A stretch of 63,960 nucleotides of DNA, the filler included, from Octopus bimaculoides (taxonomy: Eukaryota): assembly GCF_001194135.2 (NCBI RefSeq). It is 6 parts of 5 records of this genome, joined end to end, with 100 filler letters (N's around TTAATTAATTAA, not from the genome) between each part and the next. Parts side by side here need not be neighbours in the genome. Positions count along the whole stretch, not along the records: positions 47,392 to 60,037 come from NC_068985.1; positions 60,138 to 62,268 come from NW_026375426.1; positions 62,369 to 63,960 come from NC_068987.1; 3 more parts are not named here. The stretch is one strand, 5' to 3'. Below the pieces are notes generated by a model. That model was given only the letters and a program-made list of their open reading frames with translations. It did not search any database and was not told the DNA's origin. A program made the translations under genes and the position numbers. Every line of letters begins with the position of its first letter. Position 1 is the stretch's first letter. Below, in pieces: positions 52,039 through 63,960 of the stretch.

Positions 52039-52659
52039 NNNNNNNNNNACATACATACATACATACATACATACATACATACATACATACGTAAACATAT
52101 ATATCATGAACTAATTGCTACTTTCTCAGATGCAGCACAAAGTTTTGTCAGTGAACAGGTTGTGGTTTCAAAGCGATGAAAATATTTTGGCACAAATTAA
52201 ATTTAAATGTTGAAGTGAATTTAACAGGTTTTTGTGTGTCCTTAAATGACTTACAAACATCTTCCATTCCACAATTGTTTTTGTTTCAGCACATGATCTC
52301 AGATCAAGTCACTTGCTATGCAAGTACAACTCCATAGTTCCAAAAGGTTTTACTAAATTTATACAGAAAAAGTAAGCATTATACCATCCAGCATAAATAA
52401 AAGTCAACTTCATTATATTTAAGCAATTATTTTTTCTGTGAAAACCTATTTTCATATTAAATGAGTCAACTTCCAGTATGAATGTTTACGTTTTGTACAT
52501 CTTTTTTTCAACAAAAAAAATTTCTAAAAAATTCTGGAAACGATCTACTCGTGTAATTTATACACTCCCTAAAGTTTACTTTTATTTTTGTTAAAAAGTG
52601 TGTAAATTACATGGGTTTTTACAGTATTATCATTATTATCATTATTATTATTATTATCC

Positions 52660-53100
52660 TCATCTTTCAATTTTGTTTCCATTTCTTGCCAAGTGTCTTC
52701 CTGACATCTAGGGCAAAGAAACTCACTGTATACATTGGTAGGCCATTAAAATAAACACACCACATGGTTCATTTACAAAGTCATGTGATGGGGAAAAAAA
52801 GGGTAAAAGAGGCAGAAAGAAAAAGTAAAGAAGAAAAATTTTTTTAAATTTTAAAAAAGGGAAAAAAAGAAGAAAAAAAAAGAAAACAAAGAAAATAAAG
52901 AGGAAAGAAAAGGAAAGAAAATTCACAGCAACAATGCTCTTCTCAATACATGTGACATACCAGTTTATACAATCTTTTGCACTTCCTGCATAGATGGTGA
53001 GCCAGGGATCATTTTCAAATAATTTTCAGTTTCTTTTTTGATCATTCCAAGTACTCCTACAATCACTGGTATTGTAACCGTCATGAGATGCCACATTTTT
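52660..53100 (-). mobile_element. Short 3' fragment of an R4/Dong-clade non-LTR element (end of RLE domain plus 3' UTR) in (TAA)n
   Basis: KMWHLMTVTIPVIVGVLGMIKK...YLKMIPG.PS.QEVQKIV*TG.SHVLRR; TAA repeats on both sides. Confidence 0.75.
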
Positions 53101-53119
53101 ATCATTATTATTATTATTT

Positions 53120-53335
53120 CTTTCTTTATTGCCCACAGGGGGCTAAACATAGAGGGAACAAACAAGGACAGACAAAGGGATTAAGTCAATTACATCGATC
53201 CCAGTGCGTAACGGAGTACTTATTTAATTGACCCTGAAAAGATGAAAGGCAAAGTTGAACTCAGAACGTAGCGGCAGATGAAATACAGCAAAGCATTTCG
53301 CCCGGCATGCTAATGTTTCTGCCAGCTTGCAACCC

Positions 53336-53336
<1 letters not shown>
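53120..53336 (-). mobile_element. SINE family C variant with a different 3' tail (...GCCCCCTGTGGGCAATAAAG) flanked by sense-strand (TAA)n
   Basis: Head GCTGGCAGAAACATTAGCATGCCGGGCGAAATGC on the minus strand; the tail differs from the other copies. Confidence 0.7.
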
Positions 53337-53428
<92 letters not shown>

Positions 53429-53454
53429 CGTTGTTGTTGTTGCTGTTGTTTTTG

Positions 53455-56400
53455 TTTTTGCACTGCTTCTAACGCTGGAGATGTACTACAGTGTCAGCTG
53501 TTCACTATCAGTAAACTAAGATAACACCTCTTATTTTTCAAGCACCTTCTGGAGTATTTGAGCATTTCCAAGCAGTGCTGCTTTCTGCAAGTGTTCTACC
53601 CTTATTGCAGCCCCTATTTGTTCCACTTCTTGAGATTTTTGCTCACTGTTTCGAGGGCTCCGACAATTATTGGTAGTACTGCTACCTTTTTCATCAACCA
53701 CAACTGCTTAACTTCCCAAGCTAACCTGTCATATCTATCGACTTTTCTTTCTTCCTTATTGTATATCTTGTTGTCAGCTGGGCATGCTATGTCTATGATC
53801 CAGCATAGTTTGTTTTCTTTCTCAATTAAGACTATGTCTGGTTTCCTATTCTCAATTTCATGGTCGCACTGAATCATAAAATCCCATAGGATCTTTGCAT
53901 TTTTATTTTTGACAATACCTTCAGGTTTGTGGTCGTACCAATTTTTTGCTCCGTCAAGTCCATACTTGTTGCAAGGTGTCCAATGGACAAGCCTGGCTAT
54001 ATTGTCGTAGTGTCTCTTGTATTCCTTCTGGGCTAGTGGTGTATGTTGGCTGGTAATATGCCATACAATTTCACCGTTTTGTCCACAGATTCTGCACTTA
54101 TCACTTTCTGATGTGTTGTCTATTCTGTATTTTATGTAGTTTGTTCTTAGTGCTTGCTCTTGGGCAGCATAGATTAGAGCCTCTGTTTCCAGTTTTAAAT
54201 CACTTTTAGTCATCCACAGCCATCTTTTTTCTGTTTGTCTTATCTTCAACATCCCTATGAAATTGACCATGCATTCTTTTCTTTACCCACCTATTTTCAG
54301 TTTCATTCATTTTCAATTTCTTGTATTGTGCTTTATCTTTGCAATCTTTCATCCTACACAAGCTTGACCTTCCTACTTCTAGTAATAGCAGTTCTGTGGC
54401 ATTTTTTACATACCATGCTATGTTGTTTTCTTCTGCTCTAATGCTGTGTTCGCATTCAATAAGTCCTCTTCCCCCTCTTTTTCTTGGTACATACAGTCTG
54501 TCTGTGTCACTTTTTAGGTGGAATGACCCATACCTAGTTAGCAACTTCCTTGTTTTCCTGTCTAAGCTGTTTACTTCGTCCACTGTCTATGTGATTACCT
54601 TTGTTCCATATCTAAGGGGTGAAACCGCCCAGGTGTTGATAACTTCGATCTTATTCCGTCCGTTTAATTTCGACTTAAGGATCAGTCTCAGTCTGTGTAA
54701 GTACTTCACCTTAAATTTTTCTGTAATTTCTTTCTCCATTAATTTATCCATTTCCAAAATCTCCAAGTACTTATAGCCCGTCTCTTCTATCTGCTTCATA
54801 ACCTCCCCTGACGGTATCGTTAGTCCATCCATACATTTGATTTTGCCTCTCTTCAATACTAACACACCACACTTTCTCAGTCCGAACTCCATTCTGATAT
54901 CAGTACTGAAGGTATACACTGTATCAACAAGGGAACTGACTTGGGCTTCATCTTTACCATAAAGTTTGCAGTTATCCATGAATAACAAATGGTTGACTTT
55001 TTGTTGGTGGCTTTTGAATACATACCCAGCTTTTGCTTTCCTTAGAATCAGTGTCAGTGGTATCAAGCACAGTACAAAGATCAGTGGGAACAGGCAGTCC
55101 CCTTGGAAGATGCCTCTCCTAATTTCTATTGTCCCTAAACTTCTTCCGTATGCTGTCAGGTCCGTCCTCCAATTCTCCATACTTTTTCCAAGCAATCGCT
55201 CAACATTCGATGCAGTCCCAAACAGGTTCATACAAACAGTTCCAAGAATGTGGGATCATATCGTACGCCTTACGATAGTCAATCCATGACATGCCTAAGT
55301 TACTTTTCCTCCTCTTGCAGTCTCTGAGTACAGTTTTGTCTATCACGAGTTGATCCTTGGTACCTCTGCACTTACGCTTGCAACCTTTCATGTGGCAGGA
55401 CTCCATTTTTTTTCTAGATGTTCGTACAATGACTCTGCAAGTATTCCAGTCAATAACTTCCACATAAGTGGCAAACAGGATATCAGCCTGTAATTGTCTA
55501 CTGTATTTTATGATGTTTTTCAGGCACAGCACTGTCCTACCCAATGTCAACCACTCTGGTGTTGCTTGGTCAGCATTTAACAAGGTGTTGAGTTGCACAG
55601 CTATTCATGCATGATATTCACCAAATCTTTTGATCCAGTAGCCTTGAACTCCATCTGGTCCCAGGGCCTTCCAGTTACTCATTTTTTTAGCTGATTTCCT
55701 TCATTTCCCTAACTGAAATGACTAGTTCTGCCTGTTTTGGATAGACTACTGTTTGTTTCAGCTCTTGCAACCATTCAGCATCCTTCTTGTGCTCTTTGTT
55801 TTTGCTCCAGATGTCACTCCAAAACCTTTGACTTTCAATGTTATCTGGTATCAACTTTTCATCTGTACATCTTCCATTTACTTCTTTATAGAATCTCTTC
55901 TGATCTACTCTGAATAACCTATTCTGGTGGTAATCCATCATTCTTTGGTCATATCTTACCATCTTTGCTTTCTTTGCAATGAGGCGCTGTTTCAGTTCCT
56001 CCACTACTACTTTGAGGCCCTTTCTTTCAATATCATACTTCCTTTTCAGTGCCCTGTATTTTTGTTCACTTTTAAGTTCCCCTTTCTCTTTTCGGTCTAA
56101 CACAGAGATTTCCTTCAAGAGCATGTCTAAACCTGCCTGGATTCTTCTTTTCCAGCATGGATCTTTTCTTTTGTCACTCCCATTATGTTTCTTTTTCTTG
56201 ACATCGACATCCACATTTTCTGCTACAACAATACTTACTGCCTTGATCAAATTATTTGTTTCTGTGATGTTTGTTCTGATGTATTTCAGAATTTCATTGA
56301 CATTTTTCGTTTCTTGTTTCAATTTCCATCGATCAACCTTTTTAAGGTTGCAAATAATGTCGCTATCTTCTCCTGTAGCCTTACCTTTATTCTGTCGTAG

Positions 56401-56744
56401 ATTGCCTTTTGTTCATCTATCATGTCACCATTAGTTTTATTGTTTTTTTTTAGATCATCTATATGTCTCTCATCAAGTAAGCTAATACTGCTCCTTTCCT
56501 GTGCTATGAGATTACACTTATTAGTAAGAACTGTATTTTCATTGTTATCTCTGCTGCTATTGTCCATGACCCATCTTTTGATAGCTTCAAGCTCTACTTC
56601 TGAGAACCAACAATTTTTTCTTATTGCTGTGGCTTGTGAGTTGAAACAATCCCTTTTCTCTCCAATGATCATACATATGTTGTCAGTAACCTCTATTTGA
56701 GCACCATTTTCATCTACCGGGTTGCTCAGGTAGTAACACTCCAT
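53455..56744 (-). mobile_element. Near-full-length R4/Dong-clade non-LTR retrotransposon (RT, Zn knuckle, restriction-like endonuclease); frameshifted; inserted in (TAA)n
   Basis: N-terminal MECYY.S.P...IRKN.W.SE.ELE.IK; RT DYRKAYD, RRGIFQGDCLFPL.F, HLLFMDNCKLY, YKYL; CRICGQNGE.VWHI; KILWDF.IQ.D......KPDIV...K......IDIA.P.D; ends LQKAALLG...IL.KVL* at 53531. (CAA)n(TAA)n tail; (TAA)n at the 5' junction 56745-56823. Confidence 0.92.
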
Positions 56745-56752
56745 TATTATTA

Positions 56753-56825
<73 letters not shown>

Positions 56826-57296
56826 TAGCTGGACCCATGAAAACTTCATGGAAAACAAAAAATGTAAGCATCTCTTAATTGTGTGCTGTTGCCATGAGAA
56901 ATGTTTCTATATTGTGACACAGAATATAGAAAGAAGTGTAAAACCGATAACTATATAATCCAACCAAAATATCTCAGTTATACAAATGTAGACAGAATTA
57001 CTATTTAGCCTTAAAATACATCATACATATTGAAAGAACCTTCTTGGTTCAGTGTTACAGAACATTCTTCTGGTTTCCTTTTATTGTTTTACTTGCTTCA
57101 ATCATTTGACTGTGGCCATGCTGGAGCACCACCCTTTAACTGAAGAAATCGACCCCTGGACATATTCCCTGTAAGCCTGATGCTTATTCTATCAGTCTCT
57201 TCTGCTGAATAGTTAAGTTATGGAGATGCAAACTCACCAACATTTGTTGTCAAGTGATGGTGGGGGGGGACCAAATACAGACACAAACATACACAC

Positions 57297-59300
57297 ATCA
57301 TCATCATCGTTTAACGTCCACTTTCCATGCTAGCATGGGCTGGACGATTTGACTGAGGACTGGTGAAACCAGATGGCTACACCAGGCTCCAATCTGATTT
57401 GGCAGAGTTTCTACAGCTGGATGCCCTTCCTAACGCCAACCACTCAGAGAGTGTAGTGGGTGCTTTTACGTGTCACCTGCACGAAGGCCAGTCAGGCAGT
57501 ACTGGCAACGGCCACACTCAAAATGGTGTATTTTATGTGCCACCCGCACAAGAGCCAGTCCAGGGGCACTGGCAACGATCTCACTCGAAGGTCCTTACAC
57601 ATGCTGCGGGCACAAGTGCCAGAAATNNNNNNNNNNNNNNNNNNNNNNNNNNNNNNNNNNNNNNNNNNNNNNNNNNNNNNNNNNNNNNNNNNNNNNNNNN
57701 NNNNNNNNNNNNNNNNNNNNNNNNNNNNNNNNNNNNNNNNNNNNNNNNNNNNNNNNNNNNNNNNNNNNNNNNNNNNNNNNNNNNNNNNNNNNNNNNNNNN
57801 NNNNNNNNNNNNNNNNNNNNNNNNNNNNNNNNNNNNNNNNNNNNNNNNNNNNNNNNNNNNNNNNNNNNNNNNNNNNNNNNNNNNNNNNNNNNNNNNNNNN
57901 NNNNNNNNNNNNNNNNNNNNNNNNNNNNNNNNNNNNNNNNNNNNNNNNNNNNNNNNNNNNNNNNNNNNNNNNNNNNNNNNNNNNNNNNNNNNNNNNNNNN
58001 NNNNNNNNNNNNNNNNNNNNNNNNNNNNNNNNNNNNNNNNNNNNNNNNNNNNNNNNNNNNNNNNNNNNNNNNNNNNNNNNNNNNNNNNNNNNNNNNNNNN
58101 NNNNNNNNNNNNNNNNNNNNNNNNNNNNNNNNNNNNNNNNNNNNNNNNNNNNNNNNNNNNNNNNNNNNNNNNNNNNNNNNNNNNNNNNNNNNNNNNNNNN
58201 NNNNNNNNNNNNNNNNNNNNNNNNNNNNNNNNNNNNNNNNNNNNNNNNNNNNNNNNNNNNNNNNNGTAGTGGGTGTTTTTACGTGCCACCGGCATGAAGG
58301 CCAGTCAAGCGGTACTGGCAACGGCCACGCTCAAAATGGTGTATTTTATGTGCCACCCGCACAAGAGCCAGTCCAGGGGCACTGGCAACGATCTCACTCG
58401 AAGGTCCTTACACATGCTGCGGGCACAAGTGCCAGAAATGTGACGCTGAAGGAAGGTACGCATGAAGGAAGGTACGCATAAGTGGACTGGCTGAGGCCAT
58501 AGATTTAGGTCTCACTTGGCTTGCTGGGTCTTCTCACGCACAGCATATTTCCAATGGTCTCGGTCAGAAGTCATCGCCTTGGTGAGGCCCAATGTTCGAA
58601 GGTCGTGCCTCACCACCTCATCCCAGGTCTTCCTGGGCCTACCTCTTCCGTAGATTCCCTCAACTGCTAAGTTGTGGCACTTTTTCACACAGCTATCCTC
58701 ATCCATTCTCGCTACATGACCATACCAGCGCAATCGTCTCTCTTGCACACCACAACTGATGCTTCATAAGTTCAACTTTTCTCTCAAGGTACTGATACTC
58801 TGTCTAGTATGCACACTGACGTTACACATCCATCAGAGAATACTGGCTTCATTCCTTGCGAGCTAAGCATGTCCTCAGCAGTCACAGCCCATGTTTCACT
58901 GCCATGAAGCATGGCTGTTCGTACACATGTGTCGTACAATCTGCCTTTTACTCTGAGAGAGAGTCCCTTTGTCGCCAGCAGAGGTAAGAGCTCTCTGAAC
59001 TTTGCCCAGGCTATTCTTATTCTAGCAGCTACGCTTTCAGCGCACCGTCCCCCACTGCTAATTTTGTCACCAAGATAGCGGAAGCTATCAACCACTTCTA
59101 GTTTTTCTCCCTGGAATGTGGCAGAAGTTTTCTGTACATTCACAGTGTTTATAGCTCCTGAACATCTGCTACAAACGAAAACTAACTTCCTAGTTAACCT
59201 GCCTTTGATATTGCTGCACCTCTTATGTGTCCATAGCTTGCACTGGGTGCATCTTATAGAGTTACTACCCACTACTTTTCTACAGATCGAGCAGGGCCGA
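57297..59300 (-). mobile_element. 5'-truncated RTE-clade LINE with a PHD finger (59162-59293) inside the RT, long 3' UTR and (GAT)n tail
   Basis: CSIC...CTQC...HKRC...CSRC, then LEVVDSFRYLG...RIRIAWAKFREL...KGRLY..CVR.AMLHGSETW; RRLRWYGHV.RM...GRGRPRKTW.EVV..DL; tail CATCATCATC on the + strand at ~57297. Confidence 0.88.
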
Positions 59301-59399
59301 ATGGGTTTGTGTTTTGTTTGCCTTCCTACTTATTAGGACTTTGGTTTTAGCTAGGTACACATAAATATATATATATATACGTACATACATACATACATA

Positions 59400-60037
59400 C
59401 ATCATCATCATCATCGTTTAACGTCTGCTTTCCATGCTAGCATGGGTTGGACGATTTGACTGAGGACTAGTGAACCAGGTGGCTACACCAGGCTCCAATC
59501 TGATTTGGCAGAGTTTCTACAGCTGGATGCCCTTCCTAACGCCAACCACTCCGAGAGTGTAGTGGGTGCTTTTACGTGCCACTGGCACAACAGCCAGTCA
59601 GGCGGTACTGGCAACGGCTACGCTCAAAATGGTGTATTTACATGCCACCTGCACAGGAGCCAATCCAGCGGCACTGGCAACGATCTCGCTCGAATGTCTT
59701 TTCATGTGACACTAGCACAAGTGCCAGGAAGGCGACACTGGTTGCAGGTGCCATCACGATTTCACTTTTGCTTGCCCCAACAGGTCTTCGCAAGCCAAGT
59801 TATGTGTCCAGTGAAGGAGACGACATTGGCATGGGTGCCAGTCGTCGAATTTAGTTCGATTTCGATTTCACTTGCCTCAACAGATCTTCGCAAGTGGAGT
59901 TTAGTGTCCAATGAAGGAAAGGTACGCATAACTGGGCTGGCTACACCCCTGGCAGAGGCCTTGGATTTAGGTCTCACTTGGCTTGCTGGGTCTTCTCACA
60001 CACAGCATATTTCCAAAGGTCTCAATCAGAAGTCATC
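59400..60037 (-). mobile_element. Second copy of the same RTE family (3' UTR plus ORF end), cut by scaffold end
   Basis: 59400-59700 resembles 57297-57626; 59960-60037 resembles 58500-58575. Confidence 0.85.
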
Positions 60038-60137
60038 NNNNNNNNNNNNNNNNNNNNNNNNNNNNNNNNNNNNNNNNNNNNTTAATTAATTAANNNNNNN
60101 NNNNNNNNNNNNNNNNNNNNNNNNNNNNNNNNNNNNN
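60038..60137. other. Synthetic scaffold-join linker
   Basis: 44 N + TTAATTAATTAA (60082-60093) + 44 N. Confidence 0.95.
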
Positions 60138-60866
60138 CATACATACATACTCAGATGTGTACATGTACACAAACACACTCATGCATATCTACACGTAGCA
60201 ACATGCACATACATGTGCATGCACACACACATGTGCATGCACACACACACACACATGTACAGGCATACATATATATACATATACACTGATACGCACAATT
60301 AATTGTTTGTTTGTTTGTTATTGAGCCTAACATCCAACTAATTACTGCCTTATTTGTCCAATGTCATTTGATGTTTTCATTGTTGTCACTAATGAGACGA
60401 AAGGTTGGTAGCAGTAGAGGAAAGGGGGTGAGAAGTGTTTGCAGGAAGGTCAGATGTCACCAAGGTCACCTTTGACCTTCAGTTTGCATGGCCAATGTAA
60501 TAATGTCAAAGCACATTTTTTAACCCACTAACCGCTAAATATTCCATTAGTGGTTCATTGCTAACTTCACACTACGGCCAGGGACAGGCCAGGGCAGTTA
60601 ACTAGGGAAAACCTGAATATAATTTGGCCCTCAAAATCCGCTGACACCCTACAAGGTGAGCCAAGGTGTGGACTATGGTATCTGCCCTGGAGTAGTGTTG
60701 TTGACATCCTGGACTCTATCGACAAAAGAGTCATTTGGTGTACTGTCCCCTTTCTCTGTTCATTCCTGTTTCTATTGTAATGGGCCATGTTCCTCCCTAC
60801 TAATTGCTATTTCCTCATTAACAGTCCAGCCCATGCCAGCATGCAAAGCAGACTTTAAGTAGGGAT

Positions 60867-61258
60867 GTTGTTGTTGGCACTCCATCGCTTACGACGAGGG
60901 CAGGGTTCCAGTTGATCCAATCAACGGAACAGCCTGCTCGTGAAATTAACGTGCAAGTGGCTGAGCACTCCACAGACACGTGTACCCTTAACGTAGTTCT
61001 CGGGGATATTCAGCGTGACAGTGTGTGTGACAAGGCTGACCCTTTGAATTACAGGCACACCAGAAACAGGAAGTAAGAGTGAGAGAAAGTTGTGGTGAAA
61101 GAGTACAGCAGAGTTCGCCAACATTCCCTGGCCGGAGCCTAGTGGAGCTTTAGGTGTTTTCGCTCAATAAACACTCACAACGCCTGGTCTGGGAATCGAA
61201 ACTGCGATCCTATGACCGCGAGTCTGCCACCCTAATCACTGGGCCATTGCACTCCCAC
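60867..61258 (-). mobile_element. tRNA-head SINE family D, apparently full length, (CAA)n tail
   Basis: Minus strand reads TGGCCCAGTGATTAG A-box and GTTTCGATTCCC B-box; its 3' part recurs at 30205-30320, 61440-61495 and 63375-63478. Confidence 0.75.
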
Positions 61259-61264
61259 AAGGAT

Positions 61265-61304
<40 letters not shown>

Positions 61305-62268
61305 TCATCATCATCATCGTTATTTAACATCCACTTTCCTTGCTGGCATCGGTTGGATGGTTTGACAGGAGCTGGCTTGGCAGAAGACTGCACCGAGCTT
61401 CACTGTATGTATGTATATGTGTATATATACATATGTGTGTGTGTGGAATGCTCAGCCACTTGCATGTTAATTTCATGAACCGGCTGTTCTGTTAATCTGA
61501 TAAACTGGAACACTGATCAACATAACCGGTGGAGCGCCAGTTAAGAAACAAGTGAAGAAGGGCACTATGTGAGGTCTTAGGATCCGGTCAACGTAGTGCT
61601 GCACTGTAATGCTATTTCCTCTGCCTGCACCAACATTTTGGAACACATGGGGCCCAGTTCTCAGATTCAGGCCTATAGCACCCCAAGCTATGATGCTTTG
61701 GCCACCCCCACTGTCTCCCTCTCTCTCTATTACACATGCATCTCCGTGGCATTAACCCCTCCTACACCACACCCTCACTCTGCCATCCGAGGTGGAAACG
61801 CAGAGAAGACTATCAACTTTCATTGTTGATGCCGGTAGTGTCGGGGCTGTGTAGCCCACTGTAGTCATGCCTGATGGTGGCAGGTGGTGAGGACTGGCCC
61901 TTGAGCAGAACAATGGCAATGCAGGTTCTTGGTCAACATTATATTGTGTCATCAGTGTCTAACACCCATGTAGAAATCTCCCTCATTGGCTCATATTTTC
62001 ATATATATATACATACATATAGGCGTAGGAGTGGCTGTGTGGTAAGTAGCNNNNNNNNNNTCTGATAAACTGGAACACTGATCAACATAACCGGTGGAGC
62101 GCCAGTTAAGAAACAAGTGAAGAAGGGCACTATGTGAGGTCTTAGGATCCGGTCAACGTAGTGCTGCACTGTAATGCTATTTCCTCTGCCTGCACCAACA
62201 TTTTGGAACACATGGGGCCCAGTTCTCAGATTCAGGCCTATAGCACCCCAAGCTATGATGCTTTGGCC

Positions 62269-62368
62269 NNNNNNNNNNNNNNNNNNNNNNNNNNNNNNNN
62301 NNNNNNNNNNNNTTAATTAATTAANNNNNNNNNNNNNNNNNNNNNNNNNNNNNNNNNNNNNNNNNNNN
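62269..62368. other. Synthetic scaffold-join linker
   Basis: 44 N + TTAATTAATTAA (62313-62324) + 44 N. Confidence 0.95.
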
Positions 62369-63829
62369 TGTATATATCTAGTTATGTGTGTCTTGGTGTT
62401 CGTGTTTGTCCTCGCCATCATTGCTTAACAACTGGTGTTGGCGTGTTCACGCGTCCATGACTTAGGGCTTCGACAAAAAATTTCGATAGAATTAGTACCA
62501 GGCTTTAAACGATCTACAAATATATGTGTGTACGCGCGCGTGTTGCCTGCGTTTATGCACCTCTGCTAGCACATGTACACATTTGTATTATATATACTTA
62601 AAATGCATATATGTTTGCTTACAGTCCTGTATGCACATGCGTGTAGACACTATGATACAACTGCAATAGCGTCAAAATGTGAAATTATATCGCAGACATG
62701 TTGACGCCAACAATTGCCGTGATTACTTTATTAAAACTAAATGATATTTTAAGTTGTTATATTATATGAAAGAGAGAAACCATCGAAAACATTTCAGTTA
62801 GCCAGGCACGAACAAGTTATTTGGCTCTACGATAAAGCAATTTGTTTGAATTTGCGAATATTGGATCGATAACTTATATAACATGAATGATTTATTTTTG
62901 TAGCGTTACGACAAATAAAAGGAGCAGCATGAAACGGACATACACGTAGTTGGATATGAAGGTAAATAGACAGATCTATCACAAATACATATATATATAT
63001 ATATACACCGGAATATTCCCGTATACAATGACTCAAAAACATGTTTATGACTGCAGAAATATGTTCACATACTGACATATGCACAAACATGTGCAATAGT
63101 TAATTTAGATAAGATATGAAATAGAGAGTGAAGTGGAGGAATNNNNNNNNNNATATATATATATGTATATACACATGTATATATATATGTATATATATTT
63201 CTTTTTTTCCAGTCATGCCTGCATTAATTTAGTGAATCTTTTGTGGCTCAGGAGTGGTTTGACTCCTATTTTTAGCAAAGCAGGTGCTTATTTAGTACCC
63301 TACTATATATAAATATGTTTATATATCTTATATTAATTTTGCCACTAACGTTATTCGTTTTATGAATAATCGTGGCACTCAGTCGATTACGACGACGAGG
63401 GTCCCAGTTGATCCGATCAACGGAACAGCCTGCTCGTGAAATTAACGTGCAAGTGGCTGAGCACTCCACAGACACTTCTTTGGAAGTGGGTTTTTTATAT
63501 TCTATATGCATGCCACGCCATCTGTCTTTGTCTCTATCTGTGCGCCTTTATCCGTCTACAAAACTATCAAAATCATCGATTAATTTCAATCTTAGAAATT
63601 TAATTATATAAATGGAGATTAAACACGCAACAACGTCTTTGCTAAAAGTAAATGGTGTGGGATTCTATCAAGGATAGAAACCGGTGAGAAACCGGTTCTT
63701 TCTCTATTGGTAAGAAATCTTGAAATAAACTGAATAATTACAAACATACATACATGAGAATACATACATGACCCGAAACTAACCGAGGCCTTAGAAAAAT
63801 CATGAAATTAAAACTAAACATTCATACAT

Positions 63830-63960
63830 ATAGGCGCAATCGAGCCTGTGTGGTAAGAAGCTTGCTTCCCAACCATATGGTTCCGGTTTCAGTCCCACTA
63901 CATGGCACCTTGGACAAGTGCCGTCTGCTTTAGCCTCAGGCCGACCGAAGTCTTGTGAGA
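63830..63960 (+). mobile_element. SINE family A head (runs off window end)
   Basis: ATAGGCGC...CTGTGTGGTAAGAAGCTTGCTTCCCAACCATATGGTTCCGGTTTCAGTCCCAC. Confidence 0.75.

Noticed and set aside
61496-62268. Exact 208-bp duplication (61496-61703 and 62061-62268)
   Set aside because: The second copy is a whole mini-contig bounded by a 10-N gap and a scaffold linker, and is 100% identical; most likely an assembly duplicate.

Overview
AT-rich, microsatellite- and retroposon-dense eukaryotic DNA, most likely an octopus (coleoid cephalopod) draft assembly. The organism call is an inference from my recognition of the dispersed tRNA-head SINE families. The first ~29.8 kb carry a + strand myotubularin-related phosphoinositide phosphatase gene, orthologous to MTMR3/MTMR4. 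Twelve exons can be placed with GT-AG boundaries and consistent intron phases, and the active site HCSDGWDR is intact at 22831-22854. One exon and the end of another must lie in N-gaps, and I found no C-terminal FYVE exons in the window. Five identical synthetic linkers (44 N + TTAATTAATTAA + 44 N) split the window into six separately assembled pieces, so adjacency across them is unproven. The remainder holds decayed mobile elements: two RTE-clade LINEs (one with a PHD finger inside the RT), a Penelope-like element with ~400-bp inverted pseudo-LTRs carrying a hammerhead-ribozyme-like relic, a DD36E Tc1/mariner element, a near-full-length R4/Dong element plus a second fragment in (TAA)n, and many SINEs and microsatellites. 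No rRNA, genuine tRNA gene or CRISPR array was found. Most ORFs in the supplied track are N-gap or microsatellite artefacts.
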